This document shows positions 1 through 13,827 of a stretch of 64,000 nt of DNA, piece by piece (the first letter of the stretch is position 1; every line of letters starts with the position of its first letter). The stretch is from the NCBI GenBank assembly GCA_051362555.1, contig CM120646.1, positions 5,642,001 through 5,706,000 of the forward strand. Direction: 5' to 3'. The DNA comes from Lingula anatina (Eukaryota > Animalia > Brachiopoda). The position numbers were made by a program, and so were the translations under genes. The notes under the pieces are model-generated. The model searched no databases and was not told the origin of the DNA. It saw nothing but the letters and a program-made list of their open reading frames with translations.

Positions 1-3000
1 TATGTCAACATTACAACATGGCAAAGACAGCGTGAAAATACAAGTGAAGACGAAACGAATGATGTTAAGAATTTGACACACATTGGGAAAGATTATTTTA
101 GGCCATGATGTAGAATTGGCAGAAGATTGTGGCTGTAAAACTGATCAGTTGCAATTTCATGTCAATACTACACCAAAGTCCAGTCAACAGCTTTGTTTGG
201 TTTGTTGTAGGATTAAACACTGTAAGATGATAAGTTTACAGGTAGACAAGATAAAATCTTGATTGCAATTATAGCTGAGAAGTCACCTGTGGAAAGTCTA
301 CTACTTGGGCTGTGACAACTGTACACATGACACATGAATAGAACAATGGTGACACTAAATACAACTGGTAAGAATGGACAGACAGAGATAAGACAGCTTG
401 ACAGAAGTAAGCTTGAATATCTTGACATATTGGACATGGGGGATGAGGTATAAAAGCAACTACACAGTAGAAACCAGACAGAAAGCTCTTGGATAAGAGC
501 ATAACAACAGTCATGATGTAAGGTGTGCATAAATTGTGGGCCATGATGTAGAATTGGCAGAAGATTGTGGCTGTGAATGTGCCCAGTCACAATTTTATGT
601 CAACATTACACCATGGTACAGACAGCGTGAAAACAGAAGTGAAGAAATGTATGAAGAAGATTACACCCATTGTATATTTTTGGCAATAAAGGAGTGGCTG
701 GGGAATATAACACCAGCGCTTCTTTTTGTCAAACCTGTCCAGTGGGAAAAACCTCCAATAATGTGAAGAAATAGCTGAAGATGGAAAAAATGGCCATGAT
801 GTAGAATTGGCAGAAGATTGTGGCTGTGAATGTGATCAGTCGCAATTTTATGTCAACATTACAACATGGTACAGACGGCGTGAAAAAAGAAGTGAAGAAA
901 TGTACGAAGAAGATTAACCCACTGTATATTTTTGGCAATAAAGGAGTGGCTGGGGAATATAACACCAGTGCTTCTTTTTGTCAAACCTGCTCAGTGGGAA
1001 AAATCTCCAATAATGCGAAGAAATAGATGCAGATGGAAAAAATGGCCATGATGTAGAATTGGCAGAAGATTGTGGCTGTGAATGTGATCAGTCGCAATTT
1101 TATGTCAACATTACAACATGGTATAGACAGCGTGAAAAAAGAAGTGAAGAAATGTACGAAGAAGATTAACCCACTGTATATTTTTGGCAATAAAGGAGTG
1201 GCTGGGGAATATAGCACCAGCGCTTCTTTTTGTCAAACCTGCTCAGTGGGAAAAACCTCCAATAATGCGAAGAAATAGATGCAGATGGAAAACAAATTTG
1301 GTCTTGATGTAAAATTGGCAGAAGATTGTGGCTGTGAAACTGACCAGTCACAATTTTATGTCAACATTACAACATGGCAAAGACAGCGTGAAAATACAAG
1401 TGAAGACGAAAAGAATGATGTTAAGAATTTGACACACATTGGAAAAAATTTATTTTAGGCCATGATGTAGAATTGGCAGAAGATTGTGGCTGTAAAACTG
1501 ACCAGTTGCAATTTCATGTCAAAACTACACCAAAGTCCAGTCAACAGCTTTGTTTGGTTTGTTGTAGGATTAAACACTGTAAGATGATTAGTTTACAGGT
1601 AGACAAGATAAAATCTTGATTGCAATCATAGCTCAGAAGTCACCTGTGGAAAGTCTACTACTTGGGCTGTGACAACTGTACACATGACACATGAATAGAA
1701 CAACGGTGACACTAAATACAACTGGTAAGAATGGACAGACAGAGATAAGACAGCTTGACAGAAGTAAGCTTGAATATCTTGACATATTTGACATGGGGGA
1801 TAAGGTATAAAAGCAACTACACAGTAGAAACCAGACAGAAAGCTCTTGGATAAGAGCAAAACAACAGTCATGATGTAAGGTGTGCATAAATTTTGGGCCG
1901 TGATGTAGAATTGGCAGAAGATTGTGGCTGTGAATGTGATCAGTCGCAATTTTATGTCAACATTACAACATGGTACAGACAGCGTAAAAAATGAAGTGAA
2001 GAAATGTACGAAGAAGATTCAACCCACTGTATATTATTGGCAATAAAGGAGTGGCTGGGGAATATAACACCAGCGCTTCTTTTTGTCAAACCTGTTCAGT
2101 GGGAAAAACCTCCAATAATGCAAAGAAATAGATGCAGAAGGGAAAAAATGGCCATGATGTAGAATTGGCAGAAGATTGTGGCTGTGAATGTGATCAGTCG
2201 CAATTTTATGTCAACATTACAACATGGTATAGACAGCGTGAAAAAAGAAGTGAAGAAATGTACGAAGAAGATTAACCCACTGTATATTTTTGGCAATAAA
2301 GGAGTGGCTGGGGAATATAACACCAGTGCTTCTTTTTGTCAAACCTGCTCAGTGGGAAAAACCTCCAATAATGCGAAGAAATAGATGCAGATGGAAAACA
2401 AATTTGGTCTTGATGTAAAATTGGCAGAAGATTGTGGCTGTGAAACTGACCAGTCACAATTTTATGTCAACATTACAACATGGCAAAGACAGCGTGAAAA
2501 TACAAGTGAAGACGAAAAGAATAATGTTGAGAATTTGACACACATTGGAAAAAATTTATTTTAGGCCATGATGTAGAATTGGCAGAAGATTGTGGCTGTA
2601 AAACTGATCAGTTGCAATTTCATGTCAAAACTACACCAAAGTCCAGTCAACAGCTTTGTTTGGTTTGTTGTAGGATTAAACACTGTAAGATGATTAGTTT
2701 TCAGGTAGACAAGATAAAATCTTGATTGCAATCATAGCTCAGAAGTCACCTGTGGAAAGTCTACTACTTGGGCTGTGACAACTGTACACATGACACATGA
2801 ATAGAACAATGGTGACACTAAATACAACTGGTAAGAATGGACAGACAGAGATAAGACAGCTTGACAAAAGTAAGCTTGAATATCTTGACATATTTGACAT
2901 GTGGGATAAGGTATAAAAGCAACTACACAGTAGAAACCAGACAGAAAGCTCATGGATAATAGCATAACAACAGTCATGATGTAAGGTGTGCATAAATTTT

Positions 3001-6000
3001 GGGCCATGATGTAGAATTGGCAGAAGATTGTGGCTGTGAATGAGATCAGTCACAATTTTATGTCAACATTACACCATGGTATAGACAGCATGAAAACAGA
3101 AGTGAAGATATGTACGAAAAAGAATACACCGACTGAATATTTTTGGCAATAAAGGAGTGGCTGGGGAATATTACACCAGTGCTTCTTTTTGTCAAACCTG
3201 CTCAGTGGGAAAAACCTCCAATAATGCAAAGAAATAAATGCAGATGGAAAAAATGGCCATGATGTAGAATTGGCAGAAGATTGTGGCTGTGAATGTGATC
3301 AGTCGCAATTTTATGTCAACATTACAACAGGGTACAGACAGCATGAAAAATGAAGTGAAGAAATGTACGAAGATTTAACCCACTGTATATTTTTGGCAAA
3401 AAAGGAGTGGCTAGGGAATATAACACCAGCGCTTCTTTTTGTCAAACCTGTTCAGTGGGAATAACCTCTAATAATGTGAAGAAATAGCTGAAGATGGAAA
3501 AAATGGCCATGATGTAGAATTGGCAGAAGATTGTGGCTGTGAATGTGATCTGTCGCAATTTTATGTCAACATTACAACATGGTACAGACAGCGTAAAAAC
3601 TGAAGTGAAGAAATGTACGAAGAAGATTCAACCCACTGTATATTTTTGGCAATAAAGGAGTGGCTGGGGAATATAACACCAGCGCTTCTTTTTGTCAAAC
3701 CTGTTCAGTGGGAAAAACCTCCAATAATGCAAAGAAATAGATGCAGAAGGGAAAAAATGGCCATGATGTAGAATTGGCAGAAGATTGTGGCTGTGAATGT
3801 GATCAGTCGCAATATTATGTCAACATTACAACATGGTATAGACAGCGTGAAAAAAGAAGTGAAGAAATGTACGAAGAAGATAAACCCACTGTATATTTTT
3901 GGCAATAAAGGAGTGGCTGGGGAATATAGCACCAGTGCTTCTTTTTGTCAAAACTGCTCAGTGGGAAAAACCTCCAATAATGCGAAGAAATAGATGCAGA
4001 TGGAAAACAAATTTGGTCTTGATGTAAAATTGGCAGAAGATTGTGGCTGTGAAATTGACCAGTCACAATTTTATGTCAACATTACAACATGGCAAAGACA
4101 GCGTGAAAATACAAGTGAAGACGAAAAGAATAATGTTGAGAATTTGACACACATTGGAAAAAATTTATTTTAGGCCATGTAGAATTGGCAGAAGATTGTG
4201 GCTGTAAAACTGATCAGTTGCAATTTCATGTCAAAACTACACCAAAGTCCAGTCAACAGCTTTGTTTGGTTTGTTGTAGGATTAAACACTGTAAGATGAT
4301 TAGTTTTCAGGTAGACAAGATAAAATCTTGATTGCAATCATAGCTGAGAAGTCACCTGTGGAAAGTCTACTACTTGGGCTGTGACAACTGTACACATGAC
4401 ACATGAATAGAACAATGGTGACACTAAATACAACTGGTAAGAATGGACAGACAGAGATAAGACAGCTTGACAAAAGTAAGCTTGAATATCTTGACTTATT
4501 TGACATGTGGGATAAGGTATAAAAGCAACTACACAGTAGAAACCAGACAGAAAGCTCTTGGATAATAGCATAACAACAGTCATGATGTAAGGTGTGCATA
4601 AATTTTGGGCCATGATGTAGAATTGGCAGAAGATTGTGGCTGTGAATGAGATCAGTCACAATTTTATGTCAACATTACACCATGGTATAGACAGCATGAA
4701 AACAGAAGTGAAGATATGTACGAAAAAGAATACACCGACTGAATATTTTTGGCAATAAAGGAGTGGCTGGGGAATATTACACCAGTGCTTCTTTTTGTCA
4801 AACCTGTTCAGTGGGAAAAACCTCAAATAATATGAAGAAATTGATGCAGATGGGATAAAAATTGGCCATGATGTAGAATTGGCAGAAGATTGTGGCTGTG
4901 AATGTGATCAGTCGCAATTTTAAGTCAACATTACAACATGGTACAGACGGCGTGAAAACAGAAGTGAAGAAATGTACGAAGAAGATTTAACCCCACTGTA
5001 TATTTTTGGCAATAAAGGAGTGGCTGGGGAATATAACACCAGTGCTTCTTTTTGTCAAACCTGTTCAGTGGGAAAAACCTCAAATAATATGAAGAAATTG
5101 ATGCAGATGGAAAACAAATTTGGTCATGATGTAAAATTGGCAGAAGATTGTGGCTGTGAATGTGATCAGTCGCAATTTTAAGTCAACATTACAACATGGT
5201 ACAGACGGCGTGAAAACAGAAGTGAAGAAATGTACGAAGAAGATTTAACCCACTGTATATTTTTGGCAATAAAGGAGTGGCTGGGGAATATAACACCAGT
5301 GCTTCTTTTTGTCAAACCTGTTCAGTGGGTAAAACCTCAAATAATGTGAAGAAATAGATGCAGATGGGATTAAAATTGGCCATGATGTAGAATTGGCAGA
5401 AGATTGTGGCTGTGAAACTGACCATTCACAATTTTATGTCAACATTACAACATGGTCAAGACAGCATGAAAATACAAGTGAAGACGAATCGAATGATGTT
5501 AAGAATTTGACACACATTGGGAAAGATTATTTTAGGCCATGATGTAGAATTGGCAGAAGATTGTGGCTGTAAAACTGATCAGTCACAATTTTATGTCAAC
5601 ATTACACCATGGTACAGACAGCGTGAAAACACAAGTGAAGAAATATTCGAAGATTCAACCCACTGTATATTTTTGGCAATAAAGGAGTGGCTGGGGAATA
5701 TAACACCAGTGCTTCTTTTTGTCAAACCTGTTCAGTGGGAAAAACCTCAAATAATGTGAAGAAATAGATGCAGATGGAAAACAAATTTGGTCATGATGTA
5801 AAATTGGCAGAAGATTGTGGCTGTGAAACTGACCAGTAACAATTTGATGTCAACATTACAACATGGTCAAGACAGCGTGAAAATACAAGTGAAGACGAAT
5901 CGAATGATTTTAAGAATTTGACACACATTAGGAAAGATTATTTTAGGCCATGATGTAGAATTGGCAGAAGATTGTGGCTGTAAAACTGATCAGTCGCAAT

Positions 6001-8840
6001 TGTCAACATTACACCATGTCAACATTACACCATGGTACAGACAGCGTGAAAACACAAGTGAAGAAATATTCAAAGATTCAACCCACTGTATATTTTTGGC
6101 AATAAAGGAGTGGCTGGGGAATATAACACCAGTGCTTCTTTTTGTCAAACCTGTTCAGTGGGAAAAACCTCAAATAATGCGAAGAAATAGATGCAGATGG
6201 AAAACAAATTTGGTCATGATGTAAAATTGGCAGAAGATTGTGGCTGTGAAACTGACCAGTCACAATTTGATGTCAACATTACAACATGGTCAAGACAGCG
6301 TGAAAATACAAGTGAAGACGAATCGAATGATGTTAAGAATTTGACACACGTTGGGAAAGATTATTTTAGGCCATGATGTAGAATTGGCAGAAGATTGTGG
6401 CTGTAAAACTGATCAGTTGCAATTTCATGTCAATACTACACCAAAGTCCAGTCAACAGCTTTGTTTGGTTTGTTGTAGGATTAAACATTGTAAGATGATT
6501 AGTTTACAGGTAGACAAGATAAAATCTTGATTGCAATCATAGCTGAGAAGTCACCTGTGGAAAGTCTACTACTTGGGCTGTGACAACTGTACACATGACA
6601 CATGAATAGAACAATGGTGACACTAAATACAACTGGTAAGAATGGACAGACAGAGATAAGACAGCTTGACAGAAGTAAGCTTGAATATCTTGACATATTT
6701 GACATGGGGGATAAGGTATAAAAGCAACTACACAGTAGAAACAGACAGAAAGCTCTTGGATAAGAGCATAAGAACAGTCATGATGTAAGGTGTGCATAAA
6801 TTTTGGGCCATGATGTAGTATTGGCAGAAGATTGTGGCTGTGAATGTGACCAGGCACAATTTTATGCCAACATTACACCATGGTACAGACAGCGTGAAAA
6901 CACAATTGAAGAAATATTCGAAGATTCAACCCACTGTATATTTTTGGCAATAAAGGAGTGGCTGGGGAATATTACACCAGCGCTTCTTTTTGTCAAACCT
7001 GTTCGGTGGGAAAAACCTCAAATAATGTGAAGAAATAGCTGCAGAAGGGAAAAAATGGCCATGATGTAGAATTGGCAGAAGATTGTGGCTGTGAATGTGA
7101 TCAGTCGCAATTTTATGTCAACATTACAACATGGTATAGACAGCGTGAAAAAAGAAGTGAAGAAATGTACGAAGAAGATTAACCCACTGTATATTTTTGG
7201 CAATAAAGGAGTGGCTGGGGAATATAACACCAGTGCTTCTTTTTGTCAAACCTGCTCAGTGGGAAAAACCTCCAATAATGCGAAGAAATAGATGCAGATG
7301 GAAAACAAATTTGGTCTTGATGTAAAATTGGCAGAAGATTGTGGCTGTGAAACTGACCAGTCACAATTTTATGTCAACATTACAACATGGCAAAGACAGC
7401 GTGAAAATACAAGTGAAGACGAAAAGAATAATGTTGAGAATTTGACACACATTGGAAAAAATTTATTTTAGGCCATGATGTAGAATTGGCAGAAGATTGT
7501 GGCTGTAAAACTGATCAGTTGCAATTTCATGTCAAAACTACACCAAAGTCCAGTCAACAGCTTTGTTTGGTTTGTTGTAGGATTAAACACTGTAAGATGA
7601 TTAGTTTACAGGTAGACAAGATAAAATCTTGATTGCAATCATAGCTCAGAAGTCACCTGTGGAAAGTCTACTACTTGGGCTGTGACAACTGTACACATGA
7701 CACATGAATAGAACAATGGTGACACTAAATACAACTGGTAAGAATGGACAGACAGAGATAAGACAGCTTGACAGAAGTAAGCTTGAATATCTTGACATAT
7801 TTGACATGTGGGATAAGGTATAAAAGCAACTACACAGTAGAAACCAGACAGAAAGCTCTTGGATAATGGCATAACAACAGTCATGATGTAAGGTGTGCAT
7901 AAATTGTGGGCCATGATGTAGAATTGGCAGAAGATTGTGGCTGTGAATGTGCCCAGTCGCAATTTTATGTCAACATTACACCATGGTACAGACAGCGTGA
8001 AAACAGAAGTGAAGAAATGTATGAAGAAGATTACACCCATTGTATATTTTTGGCAATAAAGGAGTGGCTGGGGAATATAACACCAGTGCTTCTTTTTGTC
8101 AAACCTGCTCAGTGGGAAAAACCTCCAATAATGCGAAGAAATAGATGCAGATGGAAAACAAATTTGGTCTTGATGTAAAATTGGCAGAAGATTGTGGCTG
8201 TGAAACTGACCAGTCACAATTTTATGTCAACATTACAACATGGCAAAGACAGCGTGAAAATACAAGTGAAGACGAAAAGAATGATGTTAAGAATTTGACA
8301 CACATTGGAAAAAATTTATTTTAGGCCATGATGTAGAATTGGCAGAAGATTGTGGCTGTAAAACTGATCAGTTGCAATTTCATGTCAAAACTACACCAAA
8401 GTCCAGTCAACAGCTTTGTTTGGTTTGTTGTAGGATTAAACACTGTAAGATGATAAGTTTACAGGTAGACAAGATAAAATCTTGATTGCAATCATAGCTG
8501 AGAAGTCACCTGTGGAAAGTCTACTACTTGGGCTGTGACAACTGTACACATGACACATGAATAGAACAAGGGTGACACTAAATACAACTGGTAAGAATGG
8601 ACAGACAGAGATAAGACAGCTTGACAGAAGTAAGCTTGAATATTTTGACATATTTCACATATGGGATGTAGTAAAAAATGAACTGCACAGAAGAAACCAG
8701 ACAGAAAGCTCTTGGACAGGAACATATCTACAACGCTCATGTTATAAGGTGTATATAAATTTTAGGCCATGATGTACAATTGGCCGAAGATTGTGGCTGT
8801 GAATGTGACTAGTTAGATTTTATTTCAACATTACATTATG
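1..8840. repeat. Modular (higher-order) tandem satellite, truncated at the left window edge, lying in a CEP70 intron
   Basis: 33 copies counted of a ~75-bp core (ggccatgatgtagaattggcagaagattgtggctgt...tatgtcaacattac) starting at 101, 539, 792, 1044, 1300, 1458 ... 8324, 8765. Each core is followed by one of three modules, giving units of ~253 bp (A), ~157 bp (B) or ~438 bp (C). The array ends ~85 bp from the CEP70 donor at 8923-8924. Confidence 0.97.
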
Positions 8841-8924
8841 ATCTGTTTGGGACAGTGACATGCGACTTTTACATTTCAAGATGTTTTGTTGAAAATACTG
8901 CAAGGAAACCTTAGAGGTACTTAC

Positions 8925-11900
8925 CCAAAGATATTTCCTGCATAGGTCTAATGGCAAATAGTCAATATCATCTATTTGTGTGCTGTATTTGCTTTCATCA
9001 ACATATTTGACACCTGTCTGTTTTTCTCCAGGAAGACTGGAAAATTGGGTCAACAAAGTACATATAGTAATCATTTCAAATCTGAATGAAAGACAAGAAT
9101 CTACATTAAAAACCTTGTAACATATTTAAACAAAGTACATATAGTAATCATTTCAAATCTGAATGAAAGGCAAGAATCTACATTAAAAACCTTGTAACAT
9201 ATCTAAATTATCAGCATTAAATTTTTTTAATATAACAGAAATAAAATCTACATACCACACTGAAGTCTTAAGGTTGTTGTTGTTTTTTTTTCAATATTCA
9301 TACATAGATTAACCAAGTTACATTTTAGTATTTTATCTTTGAAATGTACAGATAATTGTGGCGTTAAATTCCAATTAGAATAAAGAAATTTGAAAATCAA
9401 ATAGGTCTACCTCTGTTAGCACTGGGTTCACAACAAATGCATATCAAATTAGTATTAAAATTTGGTTTACTGTAATGTTTGGAACATTCTGCTATCTTAC
9501 TGACCGGGTGTCAAGTTAAATACGCCTTCAGAAAAGAGTGAATAAAAACGGGAGAAAAATTGATATTCTATTGCAAAAATAATTATCTATAACAAAGATA
9601 TCTGATATCTGATAAGCACATCTGAGTATATATTCAGAAAACTGTAACCTTAAAACTCTTATATCTACAAAGATATCTAGTAATTTCCAACATGTTCACC
9701 ATTAGTCTTCCAACAGTCAACATGAAATAACACATTTAATTATTTCAAAAAGACCATAAAGAAGAAATCCAAAAAATTAGGAAAAAATAGGAACTCGACA
9801 CCCTTTTCTTTTCACCTGATATTGTGCATTCTAAGTATCTTCTCCAGTTTCTTGATCCTCTGTTGTGCAGCTCTGTAGTCTTTGATATCAGGCCTTGAGA
9901 AAGAAAATGTTACACTCTCTCTTATTTATCCATTTCCCACAGTCTCAAATACCATCTTGAAAATAAAATGTTACACTCTCTTATTAATCCATTTCCCACA
10001 GTCTCAAATACCATCTTGCCTATTGCAATCAAAACATTGAAATGCCTAAGAAGAAAACAAACAAGCCATTGCATTTAATAGGTACTTGTAAAATAGTAAA
10101 GTAAAGTGATTGGTGAAAAAATCTGCTCACTCAGGTCTTATGCCAGGCAAATCTGTAAGTTTGAATGAACAGAAAGTACCAACAACTGAAAATCAAATGC
10201 TACAATACACCAACCTGGCATCAAGTTCTAATTTCAACACCTCAGACTGATCTTCTAAAGCTTTATACTTTTTCTTGGATTCTCTAAGTTGTTTCTCATA
10301 TGCCTGTATGAGAGCTTTATAGTTTCCAGTGGCATCAAATGCTGTCTCCTGTTTATGTTCACCAGTAGGCCTGAAATTCAGAAAAAAAATTGCTACATCT
10401 TTCCATCAACTTTTGCATTTACATTTCACTATGAATTATCTTTCAGAATCCCAACAGCTAAAAAAGATGCAAAATGGGAAAATAACAGAAACCAACTTTG
10501 GAATAATAAAATAAAGGCTATTAAGGAATCATGGCAATGACCTACCGAAGCATATCCAACTCCTTCCTCAATGTGAATATCTGGCCTTCATATGCATCAA
10601 TCACATCAAGGAGTCTGCAAGGACACATGTCAAACAACGGAAACACTGGATGAAATATGCTGATAAAGTTTGCACGACAGTTTACTACGCTATGATTTCT
10701 GGCACAGCTAATTTCACAATTGTTATCTAAAGTAAACTAGTTAAGTTTGAATGTAGGCAATGTTCTCGAGGATTATATTTCAATCCATTAAAAGTTAACA
10801 TGCACAAAAATGTTGCGTAGAATAAATACGTAATAAACAATGGCTTCTCACTTTTCATCTATTTTGGACTGTGGCCTTGTGGTTTTTCTCCTGAACTGTT
10901 GGAAGACCTCTTTCTGTCTCATCTTTCTGGCCTCATCCTGCACAACAAAAACCAAACCATGACATCTTCCCAACTAAAACCATGCCTCCTTTACATGTAG
11001 ATCAAAGTTAAGTCTATTGCAATGTTTAACAATTATAATATTGACTCCCAACAAATCATGCTGTTAGAGCTCAAATAAAAAAGGAGTTCTGCAGGACCAT
11101 GTTCATCAGAAAAAAAATAGCTTCTTAGTCCAATAACAAATCCATTGAAAGTATCCATTGAGGATAGTCACCTTATCTGGAATGCACGACAAAATTCTGA
11201 AAAAAATTCTATTTCATTTTGCTGCTGTGATGAATGCCACAAGATAGTACTATGAAGTCAAAATAATCAAAGGGAATCATCATTTAATATTCAGTACAAT
11301 ATAAAAGCCCTAGATCTTCCGATGGTACATATATCAAAGATGGTAATATAGTAAGTTGTTAACAAAATGATCAGAATATAAACCTCGTCATTCATCCTTT
11401 TTATTTTCTCAGTCAATCTGTCCATTTCTTCCTGCTGCAGGGCACACTTGCTCTCCAGCTGTTTACACCTGATGTGGATGGCAGTCTTGGTGTTTTTCAG
11501 TCTCTCTCCCTCCTCCTCAAGCACATGGTTCTTGCTGCTGTGGCTGCCCTCAAGGTCCTGTGAATAAGATGACGTGAAAAGAAATTTGCATCAAAGGAAT
11601 AAGTAGTCTATGATGGCTTCTGTAAGTAAGCTGATCAAATTTATAGAAATTACCTACTGATGAGACATATAGAAGAAAAGGGGCTGGAAACAGCACTTAT
11701 AAACTGTGGTGGGAGATTTTCATTGCAGATAATCGGTTCTTTTTACAAAGAGAGGCGTACAAAAAAATCTCAGGGTGTCTCAGGATGTAAAAACAAGCAA
11801 CTTAATTATATCAGTCACTTAGTTTACCCTTCACCAGACACATGACAGACAGACTACAAAAAGCAAGCCTTAGAAGGATTGAATAGCAAGCAACTGATAA

Positions 11901-13776
11901 ATAAATAAATAAATCTTTATTAATGATGTCTAAAAAATCATAATTATCATTACAGTTAAATGTTTATTTTTGTTTTATTTAATTTTTGAGTCAACTTAAA
12001 AATTTGTTTTCGAAATCTAACATAGTCTGCGAAATGAGGATACTGACTTTTGACCACCAAATACCCCTGCCCTCACCCCCTCCTCAAAAGGACATGAAGC
12101 CCATGCCCCAGTCACCTGTATCTTGCACTGAAGACTCTCCACCATGATCTTCAGGTCCTTGATCTGGTTCTCGTAGCCATCACTGAGGCTACTCTGGTGG
12201 CGCAGGTCTTCTCTGAAGAACATAAATCTTAAATTTAGAATTTGAAAGTACATCCGGTCCCCATAAATGCTATTATAAGGTATGCCTTGGCTTTCGTGAG
12301 AAAAAAGTTTATGTTTTAGAGAAAATAATTTTTTTTTTTTGCCGTATAACCATCTTAATGGGTAAAAGCCACTATAATAACACACTGCACTTAAGAAAAT
12401 GTGCATGCCTAAACAAAAGTTAGAAATCAGATAATTAAATTTACAAATCAAATGATATTTGAGAGAAAAATATACTTAATCCAGTTGGTTATTATTGAGT
12501 ACGAGACTTACCTGAGCTGGAAATAACTGAGTACAAGATTTTTGACTTATTTGAGCTAGATACAACTAAGTATGAGATTTTGGACTAACTTGAGTGGGTT
12601 ATCAGAGTTATTAGTGAGTATGAGATTTTGGATTAACTTGAGCTGGTTACTGGTGAATATGAGATCTTGGACTTACTTGAGCTGGTTATTGGTGAGTATG
12701 AGATCTTGGACTTACTTAAGCTGGTTATTGGTGAGTATGAGATCTTGGACCAGCTCCTGTCTTCTGTCACAGTCAGACATTAAGGTGAGGAAGCTCTCAC
12801 GGAGAGATTTTGTCATAGCAGCATCAAGGACAACAACCCCTGGGATAGGATACAAGATATAATTTCAATAAATACATAAATATTAAATTAATGAAATCCT
12901 GTAGTAGTTCCCATTTTTATCCCAGTCTGACCTAAGAGTGAAGGAGTTTTAATGAAAAAATGTAGTCATTACTAAACCAAGGATAGCCACTGGGTTATAA
13001 ACTAAAAGCATTTTCAAAGAATTTAACTACATAATAATAAAAACATAATATAAATAAATTTGAAAAATTGCCAAAATTATCTGTATTATTATTAAGCAAT
13101 TCAAATGATTCAAGATCTACATACAATAAAAAGTTGTTTAATTAAACCACTACTTAAGATCAAGATTACTATTCAATGAAATTTGCTGTAAAACAATTAC
13201 TAAATAAATAAAGATCAACTGCCTTTCCTATTCACTGTAAACAACCAACCCAGCACTGACTAGCATTGGTGGAGTACAAAAGATAACAAGGCAGCAAAGC
13301 TGTCAAATGTACAGACAAAAACCAGAAAATAAAAACGCAGGAAATAGGATACTGTCAATTCTGATGAACTAATGTATTATGCTTACTGTAACTGCATAGC
13401 CAACATCAAATTCTTATTCTGCATAACATTGGATTAGGATGAAAGTAAAATGTGTATCAAGCATTAGACTAAGTTCCCATACCTAGATCAATCTAACAGG
13501 ATCAATCCAACTCCAAGGGGTTTCTCACTAAATTACTTTCAGTTTGAGAGTCTTAGGATTCTGGCATGCCAGTTTCAGTAGGCGTGACAGACAACTAAGC
13601 CACTTACATTGATTGCAATTTAGCGAGAATTCCCATGGAGATAGATCGATCCACAGTTAGCGTGATAGGGTCTGGAAATAGTCCCTAAGGTGTCAGGCTG
13701 ATAAGAGTTAAACTTTGGAAATGCCAGAATGAGGTACAGTGAAAATTACACACACAAAAACAAATTGCTTAAACTC

Positions 13777-13827
<51 letters not shown>

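Noticed and set aside
536-8772. Many ORFs within the satellite, including a CGCEC motif reminiscent of cystine-knot C-termini
   Set aside because: Copies differ by frameshifting indels and stops, no frame is preserved across units, and none resembles the missing CEP70 C-terminus
1-8840. CRISPR-like appearance (constant core with intervening sequences)
   Set aside because: The intervening modules are only three recurring types of ~80-360 bp rather than unique spacers, the core is ~75 bp, there are no cas genes and the context is eukaryotic
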